This document shows, in pieces, positions 9,697-20,394 of a DNA stretch of 64,000 bases. The position numbers and the translations under genes are program-made. Each line of letters starts with the position of its first letter. The stretch's first letter is position 1. Under the pieces are notes generated by a model. The model was not told the origin of the DNA. It ran no database searches and worked only from the letters and a program-made list of their open reading frames with translations. Origin of the DNA: Atribacterota bacterium (GTDB lineage Bacteria; Atribacterota; Phoenicimicrobiia; Phoenicimicrobiales; Stramentimicrobiaceae); NCBI GenBank assembly GCA_028703475.1, contig JAQVMU010000001.1, positions 44,436 to 108,435 on the forward strand, given 5' to 3'.

Positions 9697-9765
9697 ATCA
9701 ATTTCCTCCCATTTTTTAGCATTTATTTTCCTTGTATTATATATTATAAAAAATATTCAAATTAC

Positions 9766-10059
9766 TTATAATGTTTTTGGAACCTTAAAATATCCATCTT
9801 TTCTGGAATTAGTCAAATTCATTACTTTTTCCTGAGGCAGTGACGGCCTCGGAATATCCTCATGAAACGTAAGATTAGAATGCAATATTTGAGAAGTAGG
9901 GCTTACCTCCCTGGTATCTAATTCATTTAATTTCTTGAAATAAGTAAGTATATCATTAAATTGTTTTACATATAATTCTTTTTGTTCTTCAGATAATTCC
10001 AGTTTAGCTAATTGTGCTACATATTCGACATCTTTTTTCTCAATAATTTTTTCAGACAT
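9766..10059 (-). CDS. gatC: Glutamyl-tRNA(Gln) amidotransferase subunit C
   Basis: 97 aa with a GatC-like sequence, immediately upstream of gatA in gatCAB order. Confidence 0.85.
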   Translation of the reverse strand: MSEKIIEKKDVEYVAQLAKLELSEEQKELYVKQFNDILTYFKKLNELDTREVSPTSQILHSNLTFHEDIPRPSLPQEKVMNLTNSRKDGYFKVPKTL

Positions 10060-10082
10060 ATGAAACCATTCCTCCTATCAAA

Positions 10083-12104
10083 TTATCCGCTTTTACCTAT
10101 CATTTTTTTAAAATCTTCTTCTTTAATTATTTTTGTATTCAGTTCTAATGCTTTTTGATATTTCTTACCCGGATCATTTCCTAATACTAAATAATCTGTT
10201 TTCCCTGTTACATTACCGGTGACTCTCCCGCCTAATTTTTCAATTTCAATTTTTGCCTGTTCTCTGCTGAAACTTTCCAGTGTGCCGGTTATAACAAATT
10301 GAGTACCATCCAACAGTTGCTTCTCCTCTTTTCCTGTTACTGCACTCAGTTTAACTCCTGCATCCTTTAATTTATCAATTATTAATAAATTTTCTCTTTC
10401 CTTAAAAAATAATTGAATGCTCTCTGCAATCTTAGGACCTATCTCCTGAATACTGATTAAATCGTCTAAGCTCTTATTTTGTAAATCATAAATATTGTCT
10501 ATTTTTTGGGAAATTACTTTCGCAGCATAACTGCCAACATAGCGAATGCCCAAAGCATACAGCAAATTAGGTAAAGGTCTGTTTTTACTTTCTTTTATAG
10601 CATTTATTATATTTTCCGATGATTTTTCTGCCATTCTTTCCAGTTTAATCAAATCATCCTTTTTCAGATAATACAAATCAGCAAAATCATTGATAATCTT
10701 CCTGTCAACAAGCTGTTCTATTAAGGCTGAACCCAGGCCATCAATATCCATTGCCTGCCTGGAAACAAAATGCTTAATCCTCTCTTTTACCTGAGCAGGA
10801 CAGGCAATATTATTACAGCGAGTAGCGACTTCATCATTTAATTTTACGACACGGGAATTACAAACAGGACATTTCGATGGCATATTAAACTTTCTTTCTT
10901 TACCATTACGATTTTCCTTGATTACTTTTACCACTTCAGGAATAACTTCTCCAGCTTTTTGTACCAGTACAGTGTCCCCGATCCGAATATCCTTTCTTCT
11001 AATTTCATCTTCATTATGCAATGTAGCTCTCTGAACTCTTGACCCGGAAATAATTATCGGTTTCAAAACAGCTACCGGGGTAAGAGTTCCGGTTCGGCCA
11101 ACACTTACTTTAATATCTTTTATTACAGTTGTCATCTGCACAGCGGGAAATTTAAAGGCTATTGCCCAACGGGGACTTTTAGAAGTGGAGCCAAGTTGTT
11201 CTCTGATTTTTAACTGGTTAATTTTTATCACCATTCCGTCAATCTCGTAGTTAAGGTCATTTTTTCTTTTACTCCAGGAATCACAATACTCTATAGCATC
11301 TCTTATATCCCGGCAATGTTTAATATGCGGATTTACCTTAAACCCAGCATATCTTAAAAATTCCAATACTTCCATATGTGTTCTGAATTCACTTTTTTCA
11401 GGTAGCATTGCCTGGTAAATAAAGGTGTCGAGCTGCCTTTTTGCTGTTATTGCAGGATCCAGCTGGCGTACTGAACCGGCAGCGGCATTGCGGGGATTAG
11501 CAAACAGGTTTTCACCTTTTTTTATTCTTTCTTCATTAAGCATCTTAAAGCTATCCTTGTTCATATATACTTCACCGTAAACTTCAATACGTTGAAATTG
11601 ATTATTATTTCTTAATTTTAATGGTATACTGTTTATTGTTCTTAAATTTTGAGTAATATCCTCTCCGGTAAAACCATCGCCTCTGGTTGCCCCGCGAATT
11701 AGAATCCCTTCTTCGTAAACCAGGGCAATTGCAAGTCCATCTATCTTTAATTCAACAACATAATCAAATAATTCTGATGGATAACTCTTCTTGATTCTTT
11801 TATCAAAATCTAACAATTCTTTGTCTGAAAAAGCATTGGACAGACTTAACATAGGAACAAGGTGTTTAGCAGTTTTAAATTCAGCTAAGGGTTTTGCTCC
11901 AACTCTTTGCGTAGGTGAGTCAGGAATAATTAATTCAGGATATTTTTGTTCTAATTTAATCAATTGATTCAGCAAAGTATCATATTCATAATCTGATATA
12001 AGAGGCTTATCAAGAATATAGTAATTATAATTGTGGTTTCTAATTACCTCTCTAAGTTTGTTTATCTCCTTTTTTATATCCGATTTATTTCCTGTTAATC
12101 CCAT
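10083..12104 (-). CDS. ligA: NAD-dependent DNA ligase
   Basis: Adenylation motif KLDGLA. Four-Cys zinc finger (CPVCNS...CNNIACPAQ). C-terminal HhH and BRCT regions. Confidence 0.9.
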   Translation of the reverse strand: MGLTGNKSDIKKEINKLREVIRNHNYNYYILDKPLISDYEYDTLLNQLIKLEQKYPELIIPDSPTQRVGAKPLAEFKTAKHLVPMLSLSNAFSDKELLDFDKRIKKSYPSELFDYVVELKIDGLAIALVYEEGILIRGATRGDGFTGEDITQNLRTINSIPLKLRNNNQFQRIEVYGEVYMNKDSFKMLNEERIKKGENLFANPRNAAAGSVRQLDPAITAKRQLDTFIYQAMLPEKSEFRTHMEVLEFLRYAGFKVNPHIKHCRDIRDAIEYCDSWSKRKNDLNYEIDGMVIKINQLKIREQLGSTSKSPRWAIAFKFPAVQMTTVIKDIKVSVGRTGTLTPVAVLKPIIISGSRVQRATLHNEDEIRRKDIRIGDTVLVQKAGEVIPEVVKVIKENRNGKERKFNMPSKCPVCNSRVVKLNDEVATRCNNIACPAQVKERIKHFVSRQAMDIDGLGSALIEQLVDRKIINDFADLYYLKKDDLIKLERMAEKSSENIINAIKESKNRPLPNLLYALGIRYVGSYAAKVISQKIDNIYDLQNKSLDDLISIQEIGPKIAESIQLFFKERENLLIIDKLKDAGVKLSAVTGKEEKQLLDGTQFVITGTLESFSREQAKIEIEKLGGRVTGNVTGKTDYLVLGNDPGKKYQKALELNTKIIKEEDFKKMIGKSG

Positions 12105-12240
12105 AACCGCAATTCCTTCAATTAACTTTTAAATTTTATTGTATTATAGTATATAACAAAATACATGGGAACCTCAATATTTAATGCTTAAATAACATAC
12201 AATTAAAATTCTTATGTGTTTAAACAGGGTTAAAGTAAAT

Positions 12241-12269
12241 TTGACAAATATTCTTAGTAATATTATATT
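12241..12269 (+). promoter_or_regulatory. Putative promoter (TTGACA, 17 nt spacer, TATATT) for the PPIase gene
   Basis: Hexamers read directly, about 45 nt upstream of the ATG at 12314, with AAGGAG as RBS. Confidence 0.3.
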
Positions 12270-12313
12270 TATAATCGATATCCAAATTAATTTTAAGGAG
12301 ACTATATACCACT

Positions 12314-13435
12314 ATGCAATTTATTCGTAAGAACGTAAAACCAATTCTACTAATCATTGTTGCTGCCTTTGTTGTCTCAATATTTTATGGTCTTGGCCAA
12401 TACAGGTCTTCTGGTGGAAGTCAACAAAACCCGGGAGCACTAATAGCGCAAGTGAATGATACAGGAATCAGTTATCAGCAATGGCAAAGCGCTTTTACAA
12501 ATTTTATTTCCCGTTATGACAATCAGACACTATCAAATATGAATGAGGAAACCCTGGCGTATATAAAAAACAGCATAACTGAACAACTGATTAATTCAAT
12601 ACTATTATATCAGCACGCACAGAACGAAAATATAAAGATTTCTGACAGTGATATCAGTAATGAATTAGAAGCAGTTAAAAGCACTTTCGACTCAGAAGAA
12701 TCATTCAACCAGGCTTTAAAAAGAAATAATATTACCGTTAACCAGTTAAAAGATGACATAAACATGCAATTGATGATAGGAAAAGCTGTCGAACAGGAAT
12801 ATGATAAAATTGAGATTACTGAAGAGGAAATCTTGCAATATTATGAAGAAAACAAAGAATTCTTCTTTCAACCGGAACAAAGAAAAGTCAGCCATATTTT
12901 AGTTGAGAGTTTGGAAGAAGCTGAAAATATTCAAAATCAATTAAACGACAAAATGGTTGATTTTGAAAAATTGGCAACTGATAACTCTATATGTCCTTCT
13001 GCAGAACAAGGCGGAGATTTAGGCTATATTTCCCGTGGACAAACAGTTCAACCATTTGAAGATGCTGCTTTTTCCTTAGAGCCCGGAGAAATAAGTGATA
13101 TAGTGGAAACTGAGTTTGGTTTCCATATTATTAAAAGTGAAGAGATTCTTGAAGAACATCAGTCTGATTTTGAGGAAAGCAGAGAAGAAATTGAAAATAT
13201 TTTAAAAACTCAAAAACAGAATTCTGCTATAAATGAATTAGTAACTCAACTAAGGGAAGATTCGGAAATAGAGATTTATTATGATTTTACTTCTGAATTA
13301 GAAGAGTCAGCCCAGGCTGAAAGCCAGGAAGTTTTATCTGAAGACGATGGTGACAATGAACAGATAACCATTGATGAAAATAATCCTGAAGATGAAGGAC
13401 TGGAAGAATCAATAACAGAAACAGATGAAGAATAA
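12314..13435 (+). CDS. prsA: Parvulin-type peptidyl-prolyl cis-trans isomerase (PrsA/SurA-like) with N-terminal membrane anchor and acidic C-terminal tail
   Basis: N-terminal TM segment. Parvulin domain (VSHILV...GGDLGYISRGQTVQPFEDAAF...FGFHIIK). Confidence 0.7.
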   Translation: MQFIRKNVKPILLIIVAAFVVSIFYGLGQYRSSGGSQQNPGALIAQVNDTGISYQQWQSAFTNFISRYDNQTLSNMNEETLAYIKNSITEQLINSILLYQHAQNENIKISDSDISNELEAVKSTFDSEESFNQALKRNNITVNQLKDDINMQLMIGKAVEQEYDKIEITEEEILQYYEENKEFFFQPEQRKVSHILVESLEEAENIQNQLNDKMVDFEKLATDNSICPSAEQGGDLGYISRGQTVQPFEDAAFSLEPGEISDIVETEFGFHIIKSEEILEEHQSDFEESREEIENILKTQKQNSAINELVTQLREDSEIEIYYDFTSELEESAQAESQEVLSEDDGDNEQITIDENNPEDEGLEESITETDEE

Positions 13436-13446
13436 TTTTAAAATAG

Positions 13447-13487
13447 AAAAAAGGCCTTGTAATTTAAAATACAAGGCCTTTTTTTAT
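13447..13487. terminator. Bidirectional rho-independent terminator
   Basis: aaggccttgt-aatttaaaat-acaaggcctt forms a 10-bp perfect stem flanked by an A-run and a T-run, between convergent genes. Confidence 0.7.
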
Positions 13488-13509
13488 TCTTACTTTGTTG
13501 CTAATTTTG

Positions 13510-14355
13510 CTATGGAAGAATCATGTCAAAATAATCCAGTAATTTTTCAATACAAATAAGATGAAACTCTACCCTCCTGCCATATTCTATCTTAGTACAT
13601 GTTTCAAAAGTTATACCGGGTGTACCAGTTTTATCCAGGGATTCATAAGTGCTGCTTCCTTCAATGGGTTTTTGAATAATTTGGAATTGATTTTCAGGAT
13701 ATATTATTGCACTGTTTAATTCCTGTAATAGATAGTCTGCTACTTCCTTTAAAAGCATATAATGGTCATCAAGTACAATAGTTTGCCCATAAAAAGTTGC
13801 ACCTTCTTGAAAATAATCAACTGATTCATGCAAATCTAACAAAAAATCAACTTCATTTTTTATGATTATATCAAATATTTCTCCGGCTAATCCTTTTATT
13901 CCTTCTGAAGCAGGTTCTCCTGGGAAATTCCGGTTTAAATCTTCTAAAGGAGACATTGCTCTAACACTATTGTTAACTGCCTCCTTGTTAGCTTCAGGGA
14001 TAATTATGACTGTACCTTTTTTAAGCCCGGTATCATTTATTCTTTTTATAAACTGTTTTGTTGCCTCAATTCCTGCAAATTCATCTCCATGAACCCCTGC
14101 CATAATCATTACAATTGGGCCATTCTGTTCAGACAAAAAAAAGTATGCAGTAGTTTCAAATTGAGATCCTTCACAAAGTATTTTTTGTGAACTGGTAATA
14201 GCTGAGGTATTATCAGCGTAAACAAACATCAGGGATATGGAAAAGATTAAACTTACAATTATTAATAATAAAAATACGCTATTTCTATTTTTTAAATTAA
14301 CCGGGTTATTTTTATCCATATTTTTATTCGAATCTTGATAATTTAAATCAATCAA
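13510..14355 (-). CDS. Succinylglutamate desuccinylase / aspartoacylase (AstE/AspA) family zinc hydrolase (M14-like), predicted secreted or membrane-anchored
   Basis: MAGVHGDEFAG zinc-binding motif typical of the AstE/AspA-M14 fold. N-terminal hydrophobic segment. The start overlaps the vanW-family gene end by 8 nt. Confidence 0.55.
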   Translation of the reverse strand: MIDLNYQDSNKNMDKNNPVNLKNRNSVFLLLIIVSLIFSISLMFVYADNTSAITSSQKILCEGSQFETTAYFFLSEQNGPIVMIMAGVHGDEFAGIEATKQFIKRINDTGLKKGTVIIIPEANKEAVNNSVRAMSPLEDLNRNFPGEPASEGIKGLAGEIFDIIIKNEVDFLLDLHESVDYFQEGATFYGQTIVLDDHYMLLKEVADYLLQELNSAIIYPENQFQIIQKPIEGSSTYESLDKTGTPGITFETCTKIEYGRRVEFHLICIEKLLDYFDMILP

Positions 14356-15736
14356 CTATTACTTTCATTGGTACACTTAAATATTTATCATTTGAAATAA
14401 ATTCCATACTTTCGCCACGGGAATCGGCAATAACCCTATATGTCTTTACAGTATAACCAGGAATGCCTTCCTGTAACACTCTATCCTTAATATACTCCAT
14501 ATTTTGTCTCTTAATCTCTATAATATCAAAATCATGTATCTCTTCATCCCGGGTTATAATTGTAATTTCTTTATCTAATACCCTTTCACCATATACAGTC
14601 GTTATAAGGTTACCTTCTTTAGTCTCAGAAAATATTACAATTGTCTGGTCAAGTGAATTCTTAAACCTTAAATCTTTAAAGCCATAAAATATTGCCGCAT
14701 CTCTTCCCAGGGGAACATAGTTTGTAGCCTCTCCATATATAGAATGATTGTATCTCTCAATTATTTGAAGGTTAGCAAGAAGTACTGCATTATATAAAGT
14801 GGTTGATACCTGGCAAACACCACCCCCATACCCGTTGGTATATTGTCCATTTACTATAATAGTACTCTCCTTGTATCCATCTTCCTTCTCAGCAGGTCCA
14901 ACCAATTGGTTAAACAGGAAGTTATCTCCTGGTTTAAGTATGATTCCATTAATATCGTCAGATGCCTTTTTTATATTAAATAATGTATTGCTTTCCTTCC
15001 CCTGCAGGCTGGTTTTAAAAGAACTGATTTCCTGATTGATTCCTAATTGTGCAAGAAGTTTGTCTGTTGATATTTCAGGATATTCACGTTTAACCGGTAC
15101 CTCAACTATGACATCTGTAGTGTCCGCATTTGCTGCATGGAGTAGATTTCTATTTATTTCTTCATATAATTCCTGCTTTTGTATTTCAATTCCTATCTGT
15201 GAAGGAATAATTCTGTCTACTTTTAATTCTGCATCTCTTGTGGGTTGCTCTATTTCAGTTTTAAGTATATTAATCAAATCATCATAGTCTGAATTATTAA
15301 AATCAAAATAGGGAGTAACGATCTTTGCCCTTCTTATTAAAGATATTCTATCTGCTATTCTCTGCCATACACTACCCTGTCTGCAAATTGCATATGCTTT
15401 ATCAATTAATTTATCTAAATCTATGGAAGCGCCAAGATCCTCCCGGGGAACAATAGTAATTGCATAATCATCATGTTTTATTTGAATTGATCTATGCAGC
15501 AGCTCTTCTACTATTGGTGATAAGGCATTCTCAGTTTGGGTTTTGTTCAGCTTTCCAATATTATGTTCTAAAGCAAAAACATTGCTATAATTTTTCCCTC
15601 TATGGATTAAATAATCCACAGAAAATATCAAGAAAAAAATCAGGACAAGTAAAAGAAATGCTGTAAAAATGTTTTTATAAATACCGGCCTTATTATTTTT
15701 GGTTTGCCTTCTTCTATAATAATTTTGTGAATACAA
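14348..15736 (-). CDS. VanW family protein with N-terminal transmembrane anchor
   Basis: VanW signature region GYGGGVCQVSTTLYNA. N-terminal TM helix. Confidence 0.7.
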   Translation of the reverse strand: MYSQNYYRRRQTKNNKAGIYKNIFTAFLLLVLIFFLIFSVDYLIHRGKNYSNVFALEHNIGKLNKTQTENALSPIVEELLHRSIQIKHDDYAITIVPREDLGASIDLDKLIDKAYAICRQGSVWQRIADRISLIRRAKIVTPYFDFNNSDYDDLINILKTEIEQPTRDAELKVDRIIPSQIGIEIQKQELYEEINRNLLHAANADTTDVIVEVPVKREYPEISTDKLLAQLGINQEISSFKTSLQGKESNTLFNIKKASDDINGIILKPGDNFLFNQLVGPAEKEDGYKESTIIVNGQYTNGYGGGVCQVSTTLYNAVLLANLQIIERYNHSIYGEATNYVPLGRDAAIFYGFKDLRFKNSLDQTIVIFSETKEGNLITTVYGERVLDKEITIITRDEEIHDFDIIEIKRQNMEYIKDRVLQEGIPGYTVKTYRVIADSRGESMEFISNDKYLSVPMKVIVD

Positions 15737-15845
15737 CTATTTTTCCTCCGTATTTGATATACCTGTAATTGTTTAAATTATAAATATAATGTTCATTGAA
15801 AAATAAAGATTTTTAATATATAATAAAAATCTATCAAGACATTAT

Positions 15846-15921
15846 GCGGGAATAGCTCAGTTGGTAGAGCGTTGGCTTCCCAAGCCAAAGGCCGCGGGTT
15901 CAAACCCCGTTTCCCGCTCCA
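15846..15921 (+). tRNA. tRNA-Gly (anticodon CCC), CCA encoded
   Basis: Hand-folded cloverleaf. Acceptor GCGGGAA/TTCCCGC. D-arm GCTC-AGTTGGTA-GAGC. Anticodon stem TTGGC/GCCAA with loop TTCCCAA. T-loop TTCAAAC. Close to canonical tRNA-Gly (GCGGGAATAGCTCAGTTGGTAGAGC...). Confidence 0.85.
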
Positions 15922-15950
15922 TCCAGTTTCAACTTACCATTTTTTCCAAA

Positions 15951-16166
15951 TTATCCCAGGAACCTTCCAATCACATCTTCTCCTTTGAGCATCAGATAAA
16001 TGATGTAAATAAGCATTGCCAGCAGGAATCCAAGCAATATTCTACTGTATGCAATAGGTATCCTGTATTTTTTATCATCTGTTTTCATCATCCTTACCGT
16101 AAAACTTGAAATAACAGCAATTATAAAAACTATTATTAATAAGAGCATTATTACTTCATTTGTCAT
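15951..16166 (-). CDS. Small hypothetical membrane protein of 71 aa with two predicted TM helices
   Basis: Two hydrophobic stretches separated by a basic loop (KTDDKKYR). May be spurious in this AT-rich region. Confidence 0.3.
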   Translation of the reverse strand: MTNEVIMLLLIIVFIIAVISSFTVRMMKTDDKKYRIPIAYSRILLGFLLAMLIYIIYLMLKGEDVIGRFLG

Positions 16167-16268
16167 CTTAATCCCTCTTTTTGTTTCTCACTTATGAATA
16201 ACCCTATTATGAAACATAGCTTCGGCTTATTTGCTAATAATTGCAATCCCAAAACTATATCAATATAT

Positions 16269-17663
16269 CTATATTAATCTACTCTTAATTTCCCGGGCAG
16301 TAATAACTCCGGAAATAGATGCTTGAATCAATCCTCTTGTAATACCTGCTCCGTCACCAATAGCGTAAAGGTTTTCAACCTCTGTTTCAAGACATCGGGA
16401 CAATTTAATCCTTACAGAATAAAATTTTACCTCTACCCCATATAATAATGTCTGCTTACAATAAGTACCAGGAGCTATTTTATCCAGCGCCTTTAAAGTT
16501 TCAAGTATATCACTCAGAATTCTATAGGGTAAAACAAAACTTAAATCACCGGGTGTAGCACTGTTTAGAGTAGGTATTACAGCAGAATTTTTTATCCTGT
16601 CAATAGTTGACCTTCTACCAGCAAGTAAATCTCCTAAACGCTGTACAATAACTCCTCCGCTTAAGATATTAGCCAGATTAGCGATAAACCTTCCATAAGC
16701 AATAGGGTCTTTAAATGGTTCTGTAAAATTAGTACTCACCAATAATGCAAAATTTGTATTATTGGTCTTTTTATCAGTATAACTATGACCATTTACTGTG
16801 GTTATTTCATTATTATATTCTAATACTACCTCACCGTGAGGGCACATACAGAAAGTTCGTACCTGGTCATCAAACTGGGCTGTGTAATAAACTAACTTTG
16901 ATTCATAAAAAATATCTGTTATATGTTCCATAACTATGGCAGGTAATTCCACTCTTACTCCAACATCTACAGGATTATTAAAAGTACTTAAACCTAAATC
17001 AAGAGATTGTTTTTTTAACCATTCAGACCCAACCCTTCCAGGTGACAAAACAACATATCTACTATGGATAACTTCATCGGTTGTGGTAATTATTCCCTGT
17101 ATTTTGTTATTTTTTTCGATTATTTCTTTTACTTCCGTTGAAGTTCTTATTTGTACTTTATTCTTGATAAAATTATAGATACTGTTTAATATTAAGGAAC
17201 ATTTTTCAGTACCAAGGTGTCTTACTCTGGCTGAAATAAATTTAAGATTTGCTTTAGCAGATGCCTTTCTTATGAGATTAATTTCTTCCTGATTGTTACC
17301 ATAGATTTTTTCATCTGCACCAAATTGTAGATATATATCATCCACATATTTAATCAGGCATCCTAATTCTTCTGAGCTTATATAATCAGATAGTTGTCCT
17401 CCGATATTACCGGTTAGATTTAATTTTCCATCACTAAAGGCGCCGGCACCGCCCCAGCCTGCCAATAAGGAACAGGGCTTACAATGCTGACAGGGTATAT
17501 TTTGCTCTCTCATAGGACATTTTCTTTCATCGATATTTTTCCCTTTTTCCAGCATTAATATATCAACTTTATTGTTATCTTTCAGAAGTTCAAGAGCTGT
17601 AAAGATACCAGCTGGTCCTGCCCCTACAATAATTACATCATATATCTTATTCATTCGAATCAC
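16269..17663 (-). CDS. NAD(P)/FAD-dependent oxidoreductase (COG2509-like uncharacterised FAD-dependent dehydrogenase)
   Basis: N-terminal dinucleotide-binding GxGxxG (DVIIVGAGPAG). Cys-rich insert (CPMREQNIPCQHCKPC). C-terminal AIGDGAG motif. Confidence 0.65.
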   Translation of the reverse strand: MIRMNKIYDVIIVGAGPAGIFTALELLKDNNKVDILMLEKGKNIDERKCPMREQNIPCQHCKPCSLLAGWGGAGAFSDGKLNLTGNIGGQLSDYISSEELGCLIKYVDDIYLQFGADEKIYGNNQEEINLIRKASAKANLKFISARVRHLGTEKCSLILNSIYNFIKNKVQIRTSTEVKEIIEKNNKIQGIITTTDEVIHSRYVVLSPGRVGSEWLKKQSLDLGLSTFNNPVDVGVRVELPAIVMEHITDIFYESKLVYYTAQFDDQVRTFCMCPHGEVVLEYNNEITTVNGHSYTDKKTNNTNFALLVSTNFTEPFKDPIAYGRFIANLANILSGGVIVQRLGDLLAGRRSTIDRIKNSAVIPTLNSATPGDLSFVLPYRILSDILETLKALDKIAPGTYCKQTLLYGVEVKFYSVRIKLSRCLETEVENLYAIGDGAGITRGLIQASISGVITAREIKSRLI

Positions 17664-17703
17664 CTTCTTACCTGTTTAAAGGGTTTAAGCAATTAGTGAT
17701 TTA

Positions 17704-17728
17704 ATAAAAAAACGTCCCGGGGGACGAT
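17704..17728 (-). terminator. Rho-independent terminator downstream of thrC
   Basis: The minus strand reads cgtcccccgggacg hairpin followed by a T7 run. Confidence 0.6.
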
Positions 17729-17769
17729 TATACAACATGTCATTCTTATTAATGTCAAATATGTAAACA

Positions 17770-19002
17770 CTATTTTTTTAGTATTGAAACAATATTTTCC
17801 TTCATATTTTCCAATGTACATGTTCTTATGTCAAATCTGTGATAATCAAGGATACCAGGATATTTTAAGCCGGAACCGGTAATTATAGCCACACACTTAT
17901 CTGTTTTACTGATTATTCCCTTTATCCTTAATTTTTGGATTGCCGGTAAGGATACCGCAGCTGCGGGTTGTGCAAAAATCCCCTCTCTCGCTAACATTTT
18001 TTGAGCTGCAAGTGCCTCCTTATCAGAAACAGCAGTAACAATACCGTCGTATTTTCTTAGTTTTCGCAATAACTCATTTCCACTTGGCGGATAGGGGTTG
18101 GCAATAGCATTATCAATAGCTTTGGGCTTTACAACCGGAGAAATTCTGTCAATCCGGTCAATCCATGCCTGATATATAGGTGCACAGCCTTCCAGCTGAA
18201 CACAAACAAATCTGGGTAAATTATCAATAATCCCACTTTGGTAAAATTCTAAAAACCCCTTTATTATTCCTCTGGCATTTCCCCCTGAACTGGTTGGTAT
18301 TATTACATAATCCGGAACATCATAGTTAAATTGTTCACAAAGCTCAAAGGCAATGCTTTTGGAGCCTTCAACTCTGAAAGGAACATCTGAATTTAGAAAA
18401 TAAATACCAGTTTCACGACCAATTTTTAAACTCTCGAAATACAATTTTCCATAATTACCTTCTACCTTTATCAATACGGGGTTATATATCAAAACAGGTT
18501 TAATTTTTTCTTCAGGTATATCAGCGCTTACCAATACAAATGTTTTAATATTGGCACGGGCACCGTAAGCGGCTACTGAAACGGCCATATTTCCACTGGA
18601 AACAGTTCCTATATAATTATAACCGGAATTCTTTGCGTGCTGAATGCTGCTAAGCGTCCCCCTGTCTTTGAAAGACCAGGTCGGGTTGACAGTTTCATTT
18701 TTCAGATAAATGTTGTCAATATCCAATAACGATGGCAAACTATTTGCCTGTATTAGGGGTGTATTGCCTTCCTTTAAAGATAGTTCTTTATCTAAATGGG
18801 TAAAGGAATAATATGAGGCATATTTGCTTAGAATATTGTTATCATGAATATCAACAGTGGTCTTTGGATGATTCTTCTTATTAATTTTTTCCTGAAATAT
18901 TTCTACTTCTAATGGCTCAAAACAATCATCACAACGTGGGAATATTCTATCTGGCGGATATCTCTTTTGGCATCCTGTACATACAAAATATTTTTCTTCC
19001 AA
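17770..19002 (-). CDS. thrC: Threonine synthase-like PLP-dependent enzyme with N-terminal Cys4 zinc-ribbon
   Basis: PLP lysine motif SFKDRG. Fold-type II PLP enzyme glycine-rich loop. N-terminal CTGC...CDDC. Confidence 0.6.
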   Translation of the reverse strand: MEEKYFVCTGCQKRYPPDRIFPRCDDCFEPLEVEIFQEKINKKNHPKTTVDIHDNNILSKYASYYSFTHLDKELSLKEGNTPLIQANSLPSLLDIDNIYLKNETVNPTWSFKDRGTLSSIQHAKNSGYNYIGTVSSGNMAVSVAAYGARANIKTFVLVSADIPEEKIKPVLIYNPVLIKVEGNYGKLYFESLKIGRETGIYFLNSDVPFRVEGSKSIAFELCEQFNYDVPDYVIIPTSSGGNARGIIKGFLEFYQSGIIDNLPRFVCVQLEGCAPIYQAWIDRIDRISPVVKPKAIDNAIANPYPPSGNELLRKLRKYDGIVTAVSDKEALAAQKMLAREGIFAQPAAAVSLPAIQKLRIKGIISKTDKCVAIITGSGLKYPGILDYHRFDIRTCTLENMKENIVSILKK

Positions 19003-19031
19003 TACTCCCTCTCTAATTAATTAAAAAAGTA

Positions 19032-19109
<78 letters not shown>

Positions 19110-19215
19110 ACTTTTTGATTAACACAAATATTATTATACAGTAGCATTTTTATTCTAGCAACTATAAATAAATAAACTTTGCCTCATTCTTTGAATAATG
19201 ATTAGAAAGGAGTGT

Positions 19216-20343
19216 TTATATCCGGATGAATCTTTTGCCTTCAATTTCCCTGATTATGTTTTTCAACTCAAGGGATAATAATATCTCATTAACCTTTGCC
19301 TGTGGTAATTCGGTTAAATCAGCTATTTCATCTATGTGTAGCGGTTCAGTGGAAATAAATGTTAAAAATTTCCTCTCAAAGACAGTCAACTCTTTTACTA
19401 TTTCCTGCTCTCTGTTTGTATTAGTCTCACTATTATTTTCACAAAAACTACCTTCTTCTTCTATCTCCTCTATTATATCCTTATAATCATTTACCAGTTT
19501 TGCTCCCTGTTTAATCAAATTATGACAACCACTGGATAAAAAAGAATGTACATTGCCGGGAATGGCAAATACTTCTCTTCCCTGCTCAAGGGCAAAATCG
19601 GCAGTAATTAAGGCTCCGCTTTTTGCAGCTGCTTCAACAACCAAAATACCTGCAGATAAACCGCTGATTATCCTGTTTCTTCGTGGGAAATTAGCCCTTT
19701 CCGGTTTAGTATAAATGGGGAATTCTGAGATAATCGCTCCCTTTTTTGTAATTTTATCAGCCAATTCCTTATTTTCTGCAGGATATATTCTATCAAGACC
19801 GCATCCCAATACTGCGACTGTCTCTCCATCTGCATTCAATGCCCCTATATGTGCATTTGTATCAATACCTCTTGCCAATCCACTTATAATAATATAATTA
19901 CGGGTAGATAAATCCAGGGCAATCTCTCTGGCTATTTTTTTTCCATAATAAGTTGCCTTTCTGGAGCCAACAATAGCAATAGCCTTTTTTTTGTTCACTA
20001 TCCCGGTAAAATTTCCTCGATAATAGATAATTGGGGGAGGATCATAAATGTTTTTCAACAATTCCGGGTAATCTTTTTCCTTGATGGTGATAACCTTGAC
20101 TTTCATCTTATCCAGATATATTAATTCATCTTCCGGCTTAATCTTTTGCTTTTCCGATTTAATCCTCAACCATGTATCCTGGCTGATATGTAACAATTCT
20201 GCTATGTTTTTTATTTCAGAACTTTTATTCCAGGCCTCTTCAAGTGAAGAAAAATATTTCATTAAATATCCAAAGCGAATGGGACCAATTTCTTTCACTC
20301 TGTTCCATGCTAACCAGTATTTTAATTCTCTATTATCAATCAT
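19216..20343 (-). CDS. dprA: DNA-processing protein DprA (Smf)
   Basis: Rossmann-like DprA core (AIVGSRKATYYG...ISGLARGIDTNAHIGAL) with C-terminal winged-helix-like tail. Confidence 0.85.
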   Translation of the reverse strand: MIDNRELKYWLAWNRVKEIGPIRFGYLMKYFSSLEEAWNKSSEIKNIAELLHISQDTWLRIKSEKQKIKPEDELIYLDKMKVKVITIKEKDYPELLKNIYDPPPIIYYRGNFTGIVNKKKAIAIVGSRKATYYGKKIAREIALDLSTRNYIIISGLARGIDTNAHIGALNADGETVAVLGCGLDRIYPAENKELADKITKKGAIISEFPIYTKPERANFPRRNRIISGLSAGILVVEAAAKSGALITADFALEQGREVFAIPGNVHSFLSSGCHNLIKQGAKLVNDYKDIIEEIEEEGSFCENNSETNTNREQEIVKELTVFERKFLTFISTEPLHIDEIADLTELPQAKVNEILLSLELKNIIREIEGKRFIRI

Positions 20344-20394
20344 TTCCCTACCCTGCTGGATATATTTTTTTAAATACCTGTTTCCTGGTACTTT

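Noticed and set aside
15861-16109. 82-aa plus-strand ORF starting inside tRNA-Gly
   Set aside because: It begins within the tRNA sequence and overlaps a minus-strand small membrane ORF. It is not coding.
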